Shown: positions 34,125-44,011 of the stretch, one piece after another
How positions within the stretch are numbered: position 1 is the first letter of the stretch
Layout: each line of letters opens with the position of its first letter
Origin: an uncultured Gammaproteobacteria bacterium
GTDB taxonomy: Bacteria; Pseudomonadota; Gammaproteobacteria; UBA4575
DNA length: 64,000 nucleotides
Direction: 5' to 3'
Assembly: GCA_938074525.1 (NCBI GenBank)
Contig: CALJEX010000040.1
Location: 18-64,017 of the forward strand
Position numbers and translations under genes: made by a program
Notes under the pieces: generated by a model
Databases searched by the model: none
What the model was told of the DNA's origin: nothing
The model's input: the letters and a program-made list of their open reading frames with translations, nothing else

Positions 34125-36386
34125 ATGAGTGAAAATATTGAATTTGATTACGGCGATATAGAACGCGTACCGCTACATTCTTTCTCAGAGAAAGCCTACC
34201 TCGACTATTCGATGTATGTCATTCTTGATCGCGCTTTACCACAGATTGGTGATGGTTTGAAACCGGTGCAGCGCAGAATAGTTTATGCTATGTCTGAGTT
34301 GGGGCTATCGGCAACTTCAAAGCCTAAGAAGTCAGCGCGTACTGTCGGTGATGTAATTGGTAAATTTCACCCACATGGTGATTCAGCCTGTTATGAAGCG
34401 ATGGTATTAATGGCGCAGCCATTTTCTTATCGTTATCCCTTAGTGCAGGGGCAGGGGAACTGGGGTTCTACGGACGATCCTAAATCTTTTGCAGCAATGA
34501 GATATACTGAATCTCGATTGACGCCTTATGCAAAATCTTTACTTCAAGAATTGGGTCAAGGCACGGTCGACTGGACGCCAAACTTCGATGGTACCTTGCA
34601 AGAGCCAGTTGTATTGCCTGCACGCTTACCTAATATCTTACTCAATGGTGGTATGGGGATCGCCGTGGGTATGTCGACGGATATTCCTCCTCATAATATT
34701 CGAGAGGTTGTGTCTGCCTGTATTCGATTATTGGACGAACCAAAAGCAACAACGAGTGAATTGTGTGAGCATGTACTTGGCCCTGACTATCCTACCGATG
34801 CAGAAATAATTTCTAATCCAGATGAAATTAAAAACATTTATGAGACCGGTAACGGTCAAGTGCGTATGCGTGCTGTGTACGAACAAGAGACTGACGGAAT
34901 TATTGTTACAGCATTGCCATATCAAGTATCGGGTGCGCGCATATTGGAGCAAATAGCGCAACAAATGAATGCCAAGAAATTGCCAATGGTAGATGACTTG
35001 CGAGATGAATCAGATCATGAGAATCCAGTGCGTCTGGTTATTGTGCCAAGAAGTAACCGTATTGATGTAGAGGCTTTAATGCTGCACTTGTTTGCTAGCA
35101 CCGACTTGGAGCGCACATATCGAGTCAATATGAATGTGATTGGCATTAATGGTCGCCCACAGGTTAAAGATTTGCGCACCTTGCTACAAGAGTGGCTAGA
35201 ATTTAGAACGCACACAGTTACGCGTCGTTTACAGTGGCGCTTAGACAGGGTTAACGAGCGTCTACATATTCTCAAAGGTTTGTTGATTGCCCACCTTAAT
35301 ATCGATGAAATTATTGCCATTATTCGTGAGGAAGATGAGCCTAAGCCTGTGATGATAATGCGCTTCAAGCTGAGTGACATTCAGGCCGAATCTATTCTGG
35401 AAATAAAATTAAGACGACTAGCTAAACTTGAAGAAATTAAAATTAAAGCCGAAACAAAAGAGTTAAGTGAAGAACGAGATAAGTTAGAGAAAATATTGGG
35501 TTCAAAGGCGCGACTTAAAAAATTAATTCGTACTGAATTGTTAGAAGATGCGGAAACTTATGGCGATGAAAGAAGATCTGCCATTGTTAGCCGCGCCACT
35601 GCTCAACAGTTAGATGAAACTCAATTAATGCCTACTGAATTAACCACGGTAATTTTGTCGCAACGTGGCTGGGCGAGGGCAGCGAAAGGGCATGAGGTTG
35701 ATCCAATAGAAATGAATTATAAATCGGGTGATCAATATCAAGCACATGCGTTTGGTAAGAGTAACCAGATGGCAGTATTTTTAGATTCGCAAGGTAAAGC
35801 TTATACATTACCTGCTCATAGTTTACCTTCAGCGCGTGGGCAAGGTGAGTCATTGACGGCACGTTTCAATCCAGCAGATGGCGCCAGTTTTGTTGGTGTC
35901 ATGATTGGCGACCCTGGTAACCTATATTTTCTCGCAACAGATTTTGGCTATGGGTTTGTGTGTAAATTGGAAGACTTGTATTCACGTAATAAGGCCGGTA
36001 AACGTATTTTGAATGTGCCAGATGGGGCAAAAGTCTTACCGCCAGTGTTGGTGCGTTCTCATGAAGAAGACTGGATTGTTGCAGTAGGTTCTGAGGGTTA
36101 TATGTTAGTGACTGAGCTTTCTGAATTTCCGTTAATGTCTAAAGGCAAAGGGATTAAATTTATCAATATACCAAGTGCCAAGCTTAAATCAGGTGAAGAG
36201 AAAGTAGATCATGTTTGTCTTGTACAAGATGGTGAGGCACTCACGTTACACTGCGGTAAGAAACATAAAACTATGAAAGGCAATGAAGTGGATGAATATG
36301 CTGGAGAACGCGGTAGACGCGGTCTCAAGTTGCCTAGAGGTTATCGAGTGGTAGATCGCTTAGATGTAGATTTTTTATCTGACTAA
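34125..36386 (+). CDS. parC: DNA topoisomerase IV subunit A
   Basis: 753 aa. GyrA/ParC N-terminal catalytic Tyr region (AAMRYTE). A short C-terminal domain rather than a GyrA-box one. Paired with parE. Confidence 0.93.
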   Translation: MSENIEFDYGDIERVPLHSFSEKAYLDYSMYVILDRALPQIGDGLKPVQRRIVYAMSELGLSATSKPKKSARTVGDVIGKFHPHGDSACYEAMVLMAQPFSYRYPLVQGQGNWGSTDDPKSFAAMRYTESRLTPYAKSLLQELGQGTVDWTPNFDGTLQEPVVLPARLPNILLNGGMGIAVGMSTDIPPHNIREVVSACIRLLDEPKATTSELCEHVLGPDYPTDAEIISNPDEIKNIYETGNGQVRMRAVYEQETDGIIVTALPYQVSGARILEQIAQQMNAKKLPMVDDLRDESDHENPVRLVIVPRSNRIDVEALMLHLFASTDLERTYRVNMNVIGINGRPQVKDLRTLLQEWLEFRTHTVTRRLQWRLDRVNERLHILKGLLIAHLNIDEIIAIIREEDEPKPVMIMRFKLSDIQAESILEIKLRRLAKLEEIKIKAETKELSEERDKLEKILGSKARLKKLIRTELLEDAETYGDERRSAIVSRATAQQLDETQLMPTELTTVILSQRGWARAAKGHEVDPIEMNYKSGDQYQAHAFGKSNQMAVFLDSQGKAYTLPAHSLPSARGQGESLTARFNPADGASFVGVMIGDPGNLYFLATDFGYGFVCKLEDLYSRNKAGKRILNVPDGAKVLPPVLVRSHEEDWIVAVGSEGYMLVTELSEFPLMSKGKGIKFINIPSAKLKSGEEKVDHVCLVQDGEALTLHCGKKHKTMKGNEVDEYAGERGRRGLKLPRGYRVVDRLDVDFLSD

Positions 36387-36483
36387 TCGTGTGAACTATT
36401 AAAAGTCGATTTGTCATAAATTATCGTTATGTTTATATTTGCTGATGTTGGAATTTTAATTGCCCATTGAATAAGAGGTAATC

Positions 36484-37368
36484 ATGTTTTCACGTATAGG
36501 ATTATTTTTAGCAGCGAACTTTGGCGTATTAGCCGTGCTCAGTGTTTCATCTCGCATACTGGGAGTTGATGCCTGGTTAGCTCAGCAAGGGATGGCTGGC
36601 CAAGTTAATGGTTTATTGATTATGGCGCTGGTAATGGGCTTTGGTGGTTCGTTTATTTCTTTGGCAATCTCCAAATGGATGGCAAAGAGAAGTATGGGGG
36701 TACAGATAATAGAATCTCCACAAAATGATAGTGAACGATGGCTAGTTGAAACAGTTCGTAGGCAAGCGCAACAGGCGGATATCGGGATGCCAGAAGTCGG
36801 CGTATTTGAATCACCGCAACCGAATGCATTTGCCACTGGCATGAATAAAAACGATGCCCTAGTTGCTGTTAGTACAGGTTTACTACAGTCAATGTCTCAG
36901 AATGAAGTGGAAGCGGTGCTAGGTCACGAAGTTAGTCATGTCGCTAATGGTGACATGATAACAATGGGTTTGTTGCAAGGTGTATTGAATACCTTTGTTA
37001 TTTTGTTTTCTCGCATTATTGGGATGATAATCGATCGTGCGGTATTTAAAATTGAACGTGGCATAGGCCCAGGCTATTGGATAGGAAGCATTGTTGCTGA
37101 AGTGGTATTGGGTATCTTGGCTGCCATTATTGCTAAATGGTTTTCGCGCCGAAGAGAATATCGCGCAGACATAGGTGGCGCTGAACTTGCTGGTAAACAA
37201 AATATGATCGCGGCATTACGCAGGTTACAATCAGCTCATGAGCCTGAAAATCTACCTGGTGAACTAGCAGCGTTTGGAATATCGGGTGGAGTGAAAGGGG
37301 GATTGCAGAAATTACTTATGTCGCATCCACCATTAGAGCAGCGTATTGCTGCGCTAGAAAATAGTTAA
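36484..37368 (+). CDS. htpX: Membrane zinc metalloprotease HtpX
   Basis: 294 aa. HEVSHV zinc-binding motif (HExxH) between TM helices. Confidence 0.92.
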   Translation: MFSRIGLFLAANFGVLAVLSVSSRILGVDAWLAQQGMAGQVNGLLIMALVMGFGGSFISLAISKWMAKRSMGVQIIESPQNDSERWLVETVRRQAQQADIGMPEVGVFESPQPNAFATGMNKNDALVAVSTGLLQSMSQNEVEAVLGHEVSHVANGDMITMGLLQGVLNTFVILFSRIIGMIIDRAVFKIERGIGPGYWIGSIVAEVVLGILAAIIAKWFSRRREYRADIGGAELAGKQNMIAALRRLQSAHEPENLPGELAAFGISGGVKGGLQKLLMSHPPLEQRIAALENS

Positions 37369-37372
37369 TAAT

Positions 37373-39448
37373 TTAAGCGGCGCTAGAGAAGTCGTAACCT
37401 AGATTCTCATTAGGTTCGCGGAAAAAGTCACCGCTGACGAAATCAATATTGATTGACCAGATTTGGGATAGTGCTTCTGCAGATTCAACGAATGGTGCAA
37501 TAGTCATAGTGTTTTTCTGTTTCGCTTGTTCGCAGATATGTTTGATATCTTCAATACGTTCTTTATCGCCATTCTTAAGGCTGGCCATAAGCTGGAAGCT
37601 CAGTTTTAAATAGCTAGAAGGAATCATTGATAGAATCTTTTCTGGTTCTTGGCTGATTCCAAACGCATCAATAGCGATCTGACAACCAAGTTGTTTTAAT
37701 CGTGTTGCAAATTCGCGGGCATCTTTTAAGTGACTGACAATGCTTTCTTCGCGCATGTCGAACACTAGCCTAAACGGATCGACATTATTGCTTTGGCATT
37801 GTTTTTCTAACCATGGGGCAAATTGTTGGTCGTTTAAAGCACCGGTAGTTAACTTAATGAAAAACTGGGAGTCAGGGCTTTTGTCTCCATGCTCAGCAAG
37901 TTTCTTGATTGCAGTGGTGACTACCCAGCGATCGAGCATTGCAGACACGCCGGATCTCTCAATACTTGGAAGTAGCTCAGCCACAGAAATTTTTGCACCT
38001 TCTTTGCTGACTAACTGGGTGTAGACTTGGTAACGATCTTCAGTTTTTCCGGTAATGCTAACAACCGGTTGAAATAATAGTAATAATCTATTTTCGCGAA
38101 TCGCATCTTGTAGTTCCTGCGTCCACTTTTGATCAAGCAAAGTGCCCGTTAGGCTGCGTGATTCCTTAGCAAAAATATAAAGCTCTTGTATTTCATTTTC
38201 CCAAGCGTAGTCACATGCTGATTTTGCTGCTGATAGTGCATCTGCAACTTCTTTTAAACTTGGGTCTAGTGGTGTGGCGCCGATGTATAGTTCCGGGGAA
38301 ACCTTTAGATTGTTGATTGTGACAGGGTTGTTGTCAATCGCAGCTCTAAGGCGTGCACCCAATTTAACTAGTTTGTCTTCATCGTTTTTAGGGGTCAGTA
38401 TGCCAAACGATTCATCATTAATTTTTCCAAGTGCTTCCTCGTCGCCACATACTTGTTTAAGTGCGTCTGCAATATGTGAGCCTAGCTTGTCAATTGCACT
38501 GATACCGAATTGATCTTTGATGGTGTCGATATTAGCAATGTCTATCTGAATATAAGTCGATGGAGTTTTTCCACCTTGTGTAGATTCAATCGCTTCTTGA
38601 ATTTTGTCTGTTAGTGACTTCCTGTGGAAGAAGCCAGTTTCATGATCACGTTCGCTGATGTAACTAAGTTGTTCTTGAAGTTCTTTTGACTCGCTTGTTT
38701 GCATATGTAATACAAATTGTACGCAAGTCTCGCCTTCGACTAGTACTGGATTGTATTCAATATCTGTATGGAAATATTCTTCACCAGACTTGAAGTTTAA
38801 ACTAGCAGTTCCAGATGTGCGATTCTTGCTAACATCTTTTAGAATTGATTTTAACGAGGCTTGGTCATCAGGTGAAACTAGTTCGAGAATTGATAGTATG
38901 CTTGCGTCTTCTGCGCCATTGATATCAAATAATTCTAAATACGATGTGTTGGCGTATGTGTGTAAACCTTCATGTATATAACAGATTGCATCACGCGAGG
39001 TATCAAGTATTTTATTGTAACGCTGGTCTAGATCTTTATAGTTGTCGGCTTGGACTTTTAAGTCTTGGATATAGAATTCGGTTTGTGCGAAACGTGAAGT
39101 GGCTTGTTTTAGCTGTTCAGTATCATCGTAAGGCAAAACTATATTGGCGCCGTCGGTGAATAGCTGTGCTTGCTGGCTGGAAACATCTTCACAGAGAGCA
39201 ACAATAGGTGTTTCGTGATTATCAAATTTGAAGCAAGAACGAGCATCTTGAATGCCTAATTCGTCAATATTGTTAGCTTGAATAATAATGTGTGGATTGA
39301 CTTCTAGATTTTTGATCTCTTCAAATTGTTCTTTTGATGAAACAATTGTCTCCCGCACTGCAAAGCCTGACGACTTGATTGTTCTCACAATATTGTCGGC
39401 ATTATTTGCATTTTGGTCTATCACCAAAATTTTTAATATCTGATCCAT
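37373..39448 (-). CDS. FimX-like c-di-GMP receptor: degenerate REC - PAS - degenerate GGDEF (NDESF) - degenerate EAL
   Basis: 691 aa. REC-like N-terminus lacks the phospho-acceptor Asp (HIIIQANNIDE). PAS segment (AICYIHEGLHTYANTSYLELFD). GGDEF fold with RDHETGFFHRKSLT ... IDIANIDTIKDQFG ... NDESFGIL, so GG(D/E)EF is replaced. EAL fold with LLLLFQPVV, but the EAL triad is replaced (YTQL), DDFG becomes IDAFG, and the KxD Asp is lost. Confidence 0.7.
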   Translation of the reverse strand: MDQILKILVIDQNANNADNIVRTIKSSGFAVRETIVSSKEQFEEIKNLEVNPHIIIQANNIDELGIQDARSCFKFDNHETPIVALCEDVSSQQAQLFTDGANIVLPYDDTEQLKQATSRFAQTEFYIQDLKVQADNYKDLDQRYNKILDTSRDAICYIHEGLHTYANTSYLELFDINGAEDASILSILELVSPDDQASLKSILKDVSKNRTSGTASLNFKSGEEYFHTDIEYNPVLVEGETCVQFVLHMQTSESKELQEQLSYISERDHETGFFHRKSLTDKIQEAIESTQGGKTPSTYIQIDIANIDTIKDQFGISAIDKLGSHIADALKQVCGDEEALGKINDESFGILTPKNDEDKLVKLGARLRAAIDNNPVTINNLKVSPELYIGATPLDPSLKEVADALSAAKSACDYAWENEIQELYIFAKESRSLTGTLLDQKWTQELQDAIRENRLLLLFQPVVSITGKTEDRYQVYTQLVSKEGAKISVAELLPSIERSGVSAMLDRWVVTTAIKKLAEHGDKSPDSQFFIKLTTGALNDQQFAPWLEKQCQSNNVDPFRLVFDMREESIVSHLKDAREFATRLKQLGCQIAIDAFGISQEPEKILSMIPSSYLKLSFQLMASLKNGDKERIEDIKHICEQAKQKNTMTIAPFVESAEALSQIWSINIDFVSGDFFREPNENLGYDFSSAA

Positions 39449-39484
39449 GTGCTTAGAGTCTGAGTCCCTTCGGCAAATTTGTTA

Positions 39485-41278
39485 TTATTCTTTGCTGAAT
39501 ATTTTTATCACTTCAATATGTGAGAAACAGCTAGTCTTTTCCAATGTTCTTCCCAGCATCACAGTGCGTTGACTGTTAGAGCCTTTAATGTTTATTTCAC
39601 GCGAATCTAAATTTGAATTAGAAGGTAGTAATAAACTATAGCTTTTACTATTCTCAAAAATTCTTTTAAGTAATAGTCCTTGATATTCTAAGTGAGTATT
39701 ATTTTTGTTATATGCGGTCACGCATGCGCACTCAGCGCCAAAAAGTTCTACTCCCACTTTGTGTTCTTTGTTAGGGAGGCCTTGCATCCATCTAATAATG
39801 CCAACACGCCACTGCAGAGTCTCACGACTTTTATTCTCATCGCGAATAGCAATAATCTCACCAACCCGAGTAGTGCAAATACCGTCTGCTTTGTAGTGTA
39901 GACAGAAGCCTCCAGCATTGAAGTTTTCTACTTGCCATTTGTCTAATGAAGCTACGATGCTAGAATATTTTGCTTGGTCTTGTTGATTGACGTCGGCAGC
40001 ATCTTGCATTCCTTTTTGAACAGCAAATGGATTCCATACATCGCTTAATGTTTCATTAGCTGAAGCTTGGCTTAATGTTTTAGGCGAGCTGGCATTGATG
40101 GTTTCTTCCACTGGTAATAAGGAAAGGCTATTGACCACAAACGAACTCTGATCAGCATAATCGACAGTGTCCTCTGGTTTTGGATTCATTGTTTCTACTA
40201 TGCGCGATAGGCCAATAATCGCACGCACGACTTGGTCGCTTTTGATTCTTTTTTTATGGCGCTGACTTGGGTTGCCAATCATAGTGATTAAACGGCCCGC
40301 TAGTTCAGGATCTAATTCTTCGTTTGACTGTAAATAATAAGAAGTGCTTTGAGCAAACTTCTTGGTTGATTCTGCAAGTTTGCTAACTAATGCCGCGTAA
40401 CCGATAAAGCGATTCTCAGTGGAGATAGGCATTTCTCTGGGAATATAATATGTTGGGTGCTTGCCGGTGGCGAGATTGGCAATATAGATATACTCACCGC
40501 TTAAACTGTCTGTATTAGGTGTGATATCAATTAACTCATGATGCATTTCAAGGAACTTGTTTACTTTGTCGGCCTCACCTTGGCGTAATTGGTTAAATGA
40601 TATTAATGTGAGTGCGCAAAGGTGCTTGAATATATTGATAATCGTGGTTTTTTCTTTTGTTCCGTCTGTGCTGATGAATGCGGTGTGCAATCCATAGTGT
40701 TCTGCTACTCTGTATAGCTGGCAAATGTCATGCCATAGACTTTTAGGTATTTCTTGGTACATTAATAAACTTGCAACATACTGATGTTGCAGATGTGAAA
40801 TAGCATTGTATATGCAATGGAGTAATTTCTTTTGGTCTAGCCTTGCATCGCCTTGTACTACTTCCGATATGATAATCTTGAATGCGATAGCAAGCTCGGA
40901 ATTCATGTTTTGTTGCAGCTGAAATATCTCGGTAGCACTTGGTGACAGCGGGAATGTTTGGCAAGCTAAGTATCTGCGATGATGGTCAAGAAATGTTTTT
41001 GATAATGGTAGTAACAACTCTATTGAAGCAAATCTTTGTTTAACAGGATATGACTGCCGATTACTAGCAGCGATTAACTGGAAGGTTTGTTTGCTCGCGG
41101 TGTCAAGATTGATCATGGGTAACTCTTTGATCCACTTCTTAACTTGGCGCGGGGTAAATGCAATATCCGGCTGTGCCAACGGATCTTGTGTAGGCATATA
41201 GATTTGCATGTCCAATAACATCGAAATAGTTCCCTGCGTGTTTAAATTTTCAACTTTAGATTCTAAAACTTGTACCAA
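39485..41278 (-). CDS. Hypothetical 597-aa soluble protein, no recognisable family; encoded 36 nt upstream of the FimX-like gene
   Basis: Long uninterrupted ORF with typical codon usage and its own AT-rich upstream region (41279..41436). No TM helices, P-loop or metal motifs seen. The C-terminal ~120 aa is beta-rich, with NFNAGG only partly resembling the PilZ (D/N)xSxxG element; no RxxxR. Confidence 0.6.
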   Translation of the reverse strand: MVQVLESKVENLNTQGTISMLLDMQIYMPTQDPLAQPDIAFTPRQVKKWIKELPMINLDTASKQTFQLIAASNRQSYPVKQRFASIELLLPLSKTFLDHHRRYLACQTFPLSPSATEIFQLQQNMNSELAIAFKIIISEVVQGDARLDQKKLLHCIYNAISHLQHQYVASLLMYQEIPKSLWHDICQLYRVAEHYGLHTAFISTDGTKEKTTIINIFKHLCALTLISFNQLRQGEADKVNKFLEMHHELIDITPNTDSLSGEYIYIANLATGKHPTYYIPREMPISTENRFIGYAALVSKLAESTKKFAQSTSYYLQSNEELDPELAGRLITMIGNPSQRHKKRIKSDQVVRAIIGLSRIVETMNPKPEDTVDYADQSSFVVNSLSLLPVEETINASSPKTLSQASANETLSDVWNPFAVQKGMQDAADVNQQDQAKYSSIVASLDKWQVENFNAGGFCLHYKADGICTTRVGEIIAIRDENKSRETLQWRVGIIRWMQGLPNKEHKVGVELFGAECACVTAYNKNNTHLEYQGLLLKRIFENSKSYSLLLPSNSNLDSREINIKGSNSQRTVMLGRTLEKTSCFSHIEVIKIFSKE

Positions 41279-41436
41279 TAAAAAGCGGCTAACTAGTCGC
41301 CTACCTGTCGGCAGTAGCCATCCGTCTATCCTAATTGACGCGAATTAGTGTAATTGTTATCCAATTTGCGGTTTGTGATTGCCTTATCAACCTGAAAATT
41401 TAAATAAAACGACTAACAACTAATAGGTTAGAGATG

Positions 41437-42429
41437 TCAGTAAGATTTGCTGCTTTCACCGGGAATTTCCTGGGCAAGCCTAGGGACTAAATAGCCAGGT
41501 AGGTTATTTTTCATTTGTTGGTGAAGTTTTTTCGCTTGAGTGTCGGAAACCTTGAAATGATGCGTTCCTTTGGCTAGGTCTAGTTTGTGTAAGTAGTAAG
41601 GTAGTATTCCTGCAGCGAATAATTTGTTGGATAAATCAATCAGAATGTCTGCACTGTCATTTACATTTTTTAGTAATACAGATTGATTGAGTGTTGTGGT
41701 ATTTGTTTGTTTTATTTTTTGCACTACATCACAAAATTCTTGGCTGATTTCATCAGCATGATTGATGTGAAACACACATACTTTGTTAAGTGTGCATTCT
41801 GCAAGTGTGGTGATTAAGTTTTCAGTGATGCGTTGTGGAAATATGGATGGAAACTTCGTGTGTAAGCGAATTGTTTTAATGTGTGGAATTTTTTCTATGT
41901 CTTTAAAAAGTTGATTGAGAGATTCATCTTCCAAGCTAAGTGGGTCTCCACCGCTAAGAATGATTTCGTTAATGGATTCGTCCCTTTGACAAAACTCTAG
42001 TGCCTGTTTGAATTGATGAGTATTGGGATTGGATTGTGGATAGGGAAAGTCTTTTCTGAAGCAATAACGGCAATGTATCGGGCAGGTGTTATTGGTGATG
42101 AGTAATACTCGGTGGTTGTATTTTTTGATTACGCCTGGTTGCATAGTTGCCGTGACATCGCCAACTGGGTCGTGGGTGTAGCCTGGGAGATCCGCAAGTT
42201 CTTGCAAACTAGGTAGATATTGCATTAATACTGGACCGTCTAGAGGGTGGTCGTCGAGCAATTGCTGAGATACTTGGATGGGAAATAGCGAATCAATTTT
42301 GTCCAGTTTATCTAGGCTAATTGAATTATCCGGCAGATTATCAGATATTTGTTTAATGCCTACATAGGACTTGGCAAATAATTTTTTCCAATGTAGGGGA
42401 TGTTCTGCTGTTTGCTTGCACGGTATCAT
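41437..42429 (-). CDS. epmB: EF-P beta-lysylation protein EpmB (lysine 2,3-aminomutase-like radical SAM)
   Basis: 330 aa. Radical-SAM cysteine motif CPIHCRYCFRK. Adjacent to efp. Confidence 0.9.
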   Translation of the reverse strand: MIPCKQTAEHPLHWKKLFAKSYVGIKQISDNLPDNSISLDKLDKIDSLFPIQVSQQLLDDHPLDGPVLMQYLPSLQELADLPGYTHDPVGDVTATMQPGVIKKYNHRVLLITNNTCPIHCRYCFRKDFPYPQSNPNTHQFKQALEFCQRDESINEIILSGGDPLSLEDESLNQLFKDIEKIPHIKTIRLHTKFPSIFPQRITENLITTLAECTLNKVCVFHINHADEISQEFCDVVQKIKQTNTTTLNQSVLLKNVNDSADILIDLSNKLFAAGILPYYLHKLDLAKGTHHFKVSDTQAKKLHQQMKNNLPGYLVPRLAQEIPGESSKSY

Positions 42430-42461
42430 GTTGCGTCTTTTAAATTATCTAAATTATCTTT

Positions 42462-43034
42462 ATGGCAAATTACAGCACTAACGAATTCAAGTCAGGTCTT
42501 AAAATCATGCTCGATGGCGATCCTCACACTATCGTAGAGAATGAATTTGTTAAACCTGGAAAAGGCCAGGCCTTTAGTCGAGTTAAGATCCGTAATCTTA
42601 AAACAGGTCGTGTCGTAGACCGTACCTTTAAGTCTGGAGATAGTGTAGAAGGTGCTGATGTCATGGATGTCGATATGCAATATCTATATACCGATGGTGA
42701 ACAATGGCATTTTATGGATCAAAGCACATTTGAACAGCATGCCGCAGATGAAAATGCTGTAGGTGAGACTTATAAGTGGTTGAAAGACCAGGATATCTGC
42801 CAAGTCACACTGTATAACGGTGCGCCTTTGTCAGTGAGTGCGCCTAATTTTGTCGAATTGAAAATCACTCAATCTGATCCTGGTGTAAAAGGTGACACAG
42901 CTCAGGGTGCGACCAAACCAGCAACGCTTGAAACTGGGGCGACCGTAAAAGTCCCTCTGTTTGTCGAAGAGGGTGAAGTGATCAAAATCGATACACGTAC
43001 AGGTGAATACGTGTCTCGGGTAAAAGATAGCTAA
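42462..43034 (+). CDS. efp: Elongation factor P
   Basis: 190 aa. The KPGKGQAF loop carries the modifiable Lys (K34 equivalent). Confidence 0.97.
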   Translation: MANYSTNEFKSGLKIMLDGDPHTIVENEFVKPGKGQAFSRVKIRNLKTGRVVDRTFKSGDSVEGADVMDVDMQYLYTDGEQWHFMDQSTFEQHAADENAVGETYKWLKDQDICQVTLYNGAPLSVSAPNFVELKITQSDPGVKGDTAQGATKPATLETGATVKVPLFVEEGEVIKIDTRTGEYVSRVKDS

Positions 43035-43048
43035 TTAAGTAAGACTGG

Positions 43049-44008
43049 GTGATGTCTGATTGGCGTCCGACAGCCAGTTTGCACAATCTGGCAAGACGTG
43101 CCGAACTGTTAAATCTGACACGTCGCTTCTTTTCGCAACGTGATGTGCTTGAAGTGGAGACGCCTCTAGCGTGTTCAAATACAGTCACTGAGCCAAATAT
43201 TGAGTCGTTTAGCTTTACTGTCGGTAGCATTAAACGATATCTGCAAACCTCTCCTGAATATGCCATGAAGCGACTACTGGCCGATGGCGCCCCTGATATT
43301 TTCCAAATATGTAAATCGTTTCGCGTGGGTGAGCAAGGCACTGCGCATAATCCAGAATTCACTATGGTTGAATGGTATCGGCGCGGATATAGTTTGAAAC
43401 AAATCATGCAAGAGACTGTTGATCTTATTGTCTCCTTGCTAGCAAAAAGTGATGTGTCAATGAATGTTGAATATATTAGTTATCGTGATTTGACTGAGAA
43501 AGCCTTAGGTGTAGCACTGGACTCACTGACTGAAGATGCGATTAAAAATTTAGCCGCAGACAATGGATTAGTGTTGCAAAGTGATAATTCTTTACAACAA
43601 TGTACCGATTTTTTATTTTCGCATAATGTTGAACCTGCGATGTGCGAACAATCTATCACAGTAGTATTTTACTATCCTGCGACACAGGCAGCGTTGTCTA
43701 AATTAAATGAGGATGACACTTCTGTCGCAGAAAGATTTGAAGTGTTTTATCGGGGAATAGAGTTGGCCAACGGCTATGTTGAGTTGTTAGACTCTGAACA
43801 ACAATTAGATCGTTTTGTGAATGATCAGCAGATTAGAAAGCAGTGTAACTCGATAGAGGTAGGAATAGATCAGCGTTTAATAGACGCGCAACGGCATGGC
43901 CTTCCTGAATGCGCGGGAGTGGCTGTTGGGTTTGATCGTGTAATGATGCTGGCGGTCGGCGCATCTTCGTTAGCAGAAGTAATTAGTTTCGATTGGGATA
44001 ACGCCTAA
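43049..44008 (+). CDS. epmA: EF-P--(R)-beta-lysine ligase EpmA (PoxA/GenX)
   Basis: 319 aa. Class-II LysRS-like core (EFTMVEWYR, ELANGY), colinear with E. coli EpmA. Confidence 0.92.
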   Translation: MMSDWRPTASLHNLARRAELLNLTRRFFSQRDVLEVETPLACSNTVTEPNIESFSFTVGSIKRYLQTSPEYAMKRLLADGAPDIFQICKSFRVGEQGTAHNPEFTMVEWYRRGYSLKQIMQETVDLIVSLLAKSDVSMNVEYISYRDLTEKALGVALDSLTEDAIKNLAADNGLVLQSDNSLQQCTDFLFSHNVEPAMCEQSITVVFYYPATQAALSKLNEDDTSVAERFEVFYRGIELANGYVELLDSEQQLDRFVNDQQIRKQCNSIEVGIDQRLIDAQRHGLPECAGVAVGFDRVMMLAVGASSLAEVISFDWDNA

Positions 44009-44011
44009 CGC

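Noticed and set aside
39485-41278. Assigning the 597-aa protein as a bona fide PilZ-domain protein
   Set aside because: Only a partial (D/N)xSxxG-like element (NFNAGG) is present, and the RxxxR motif is absent. That is too weak for a feature-level call, so it is kept as a hypothesis in findings.
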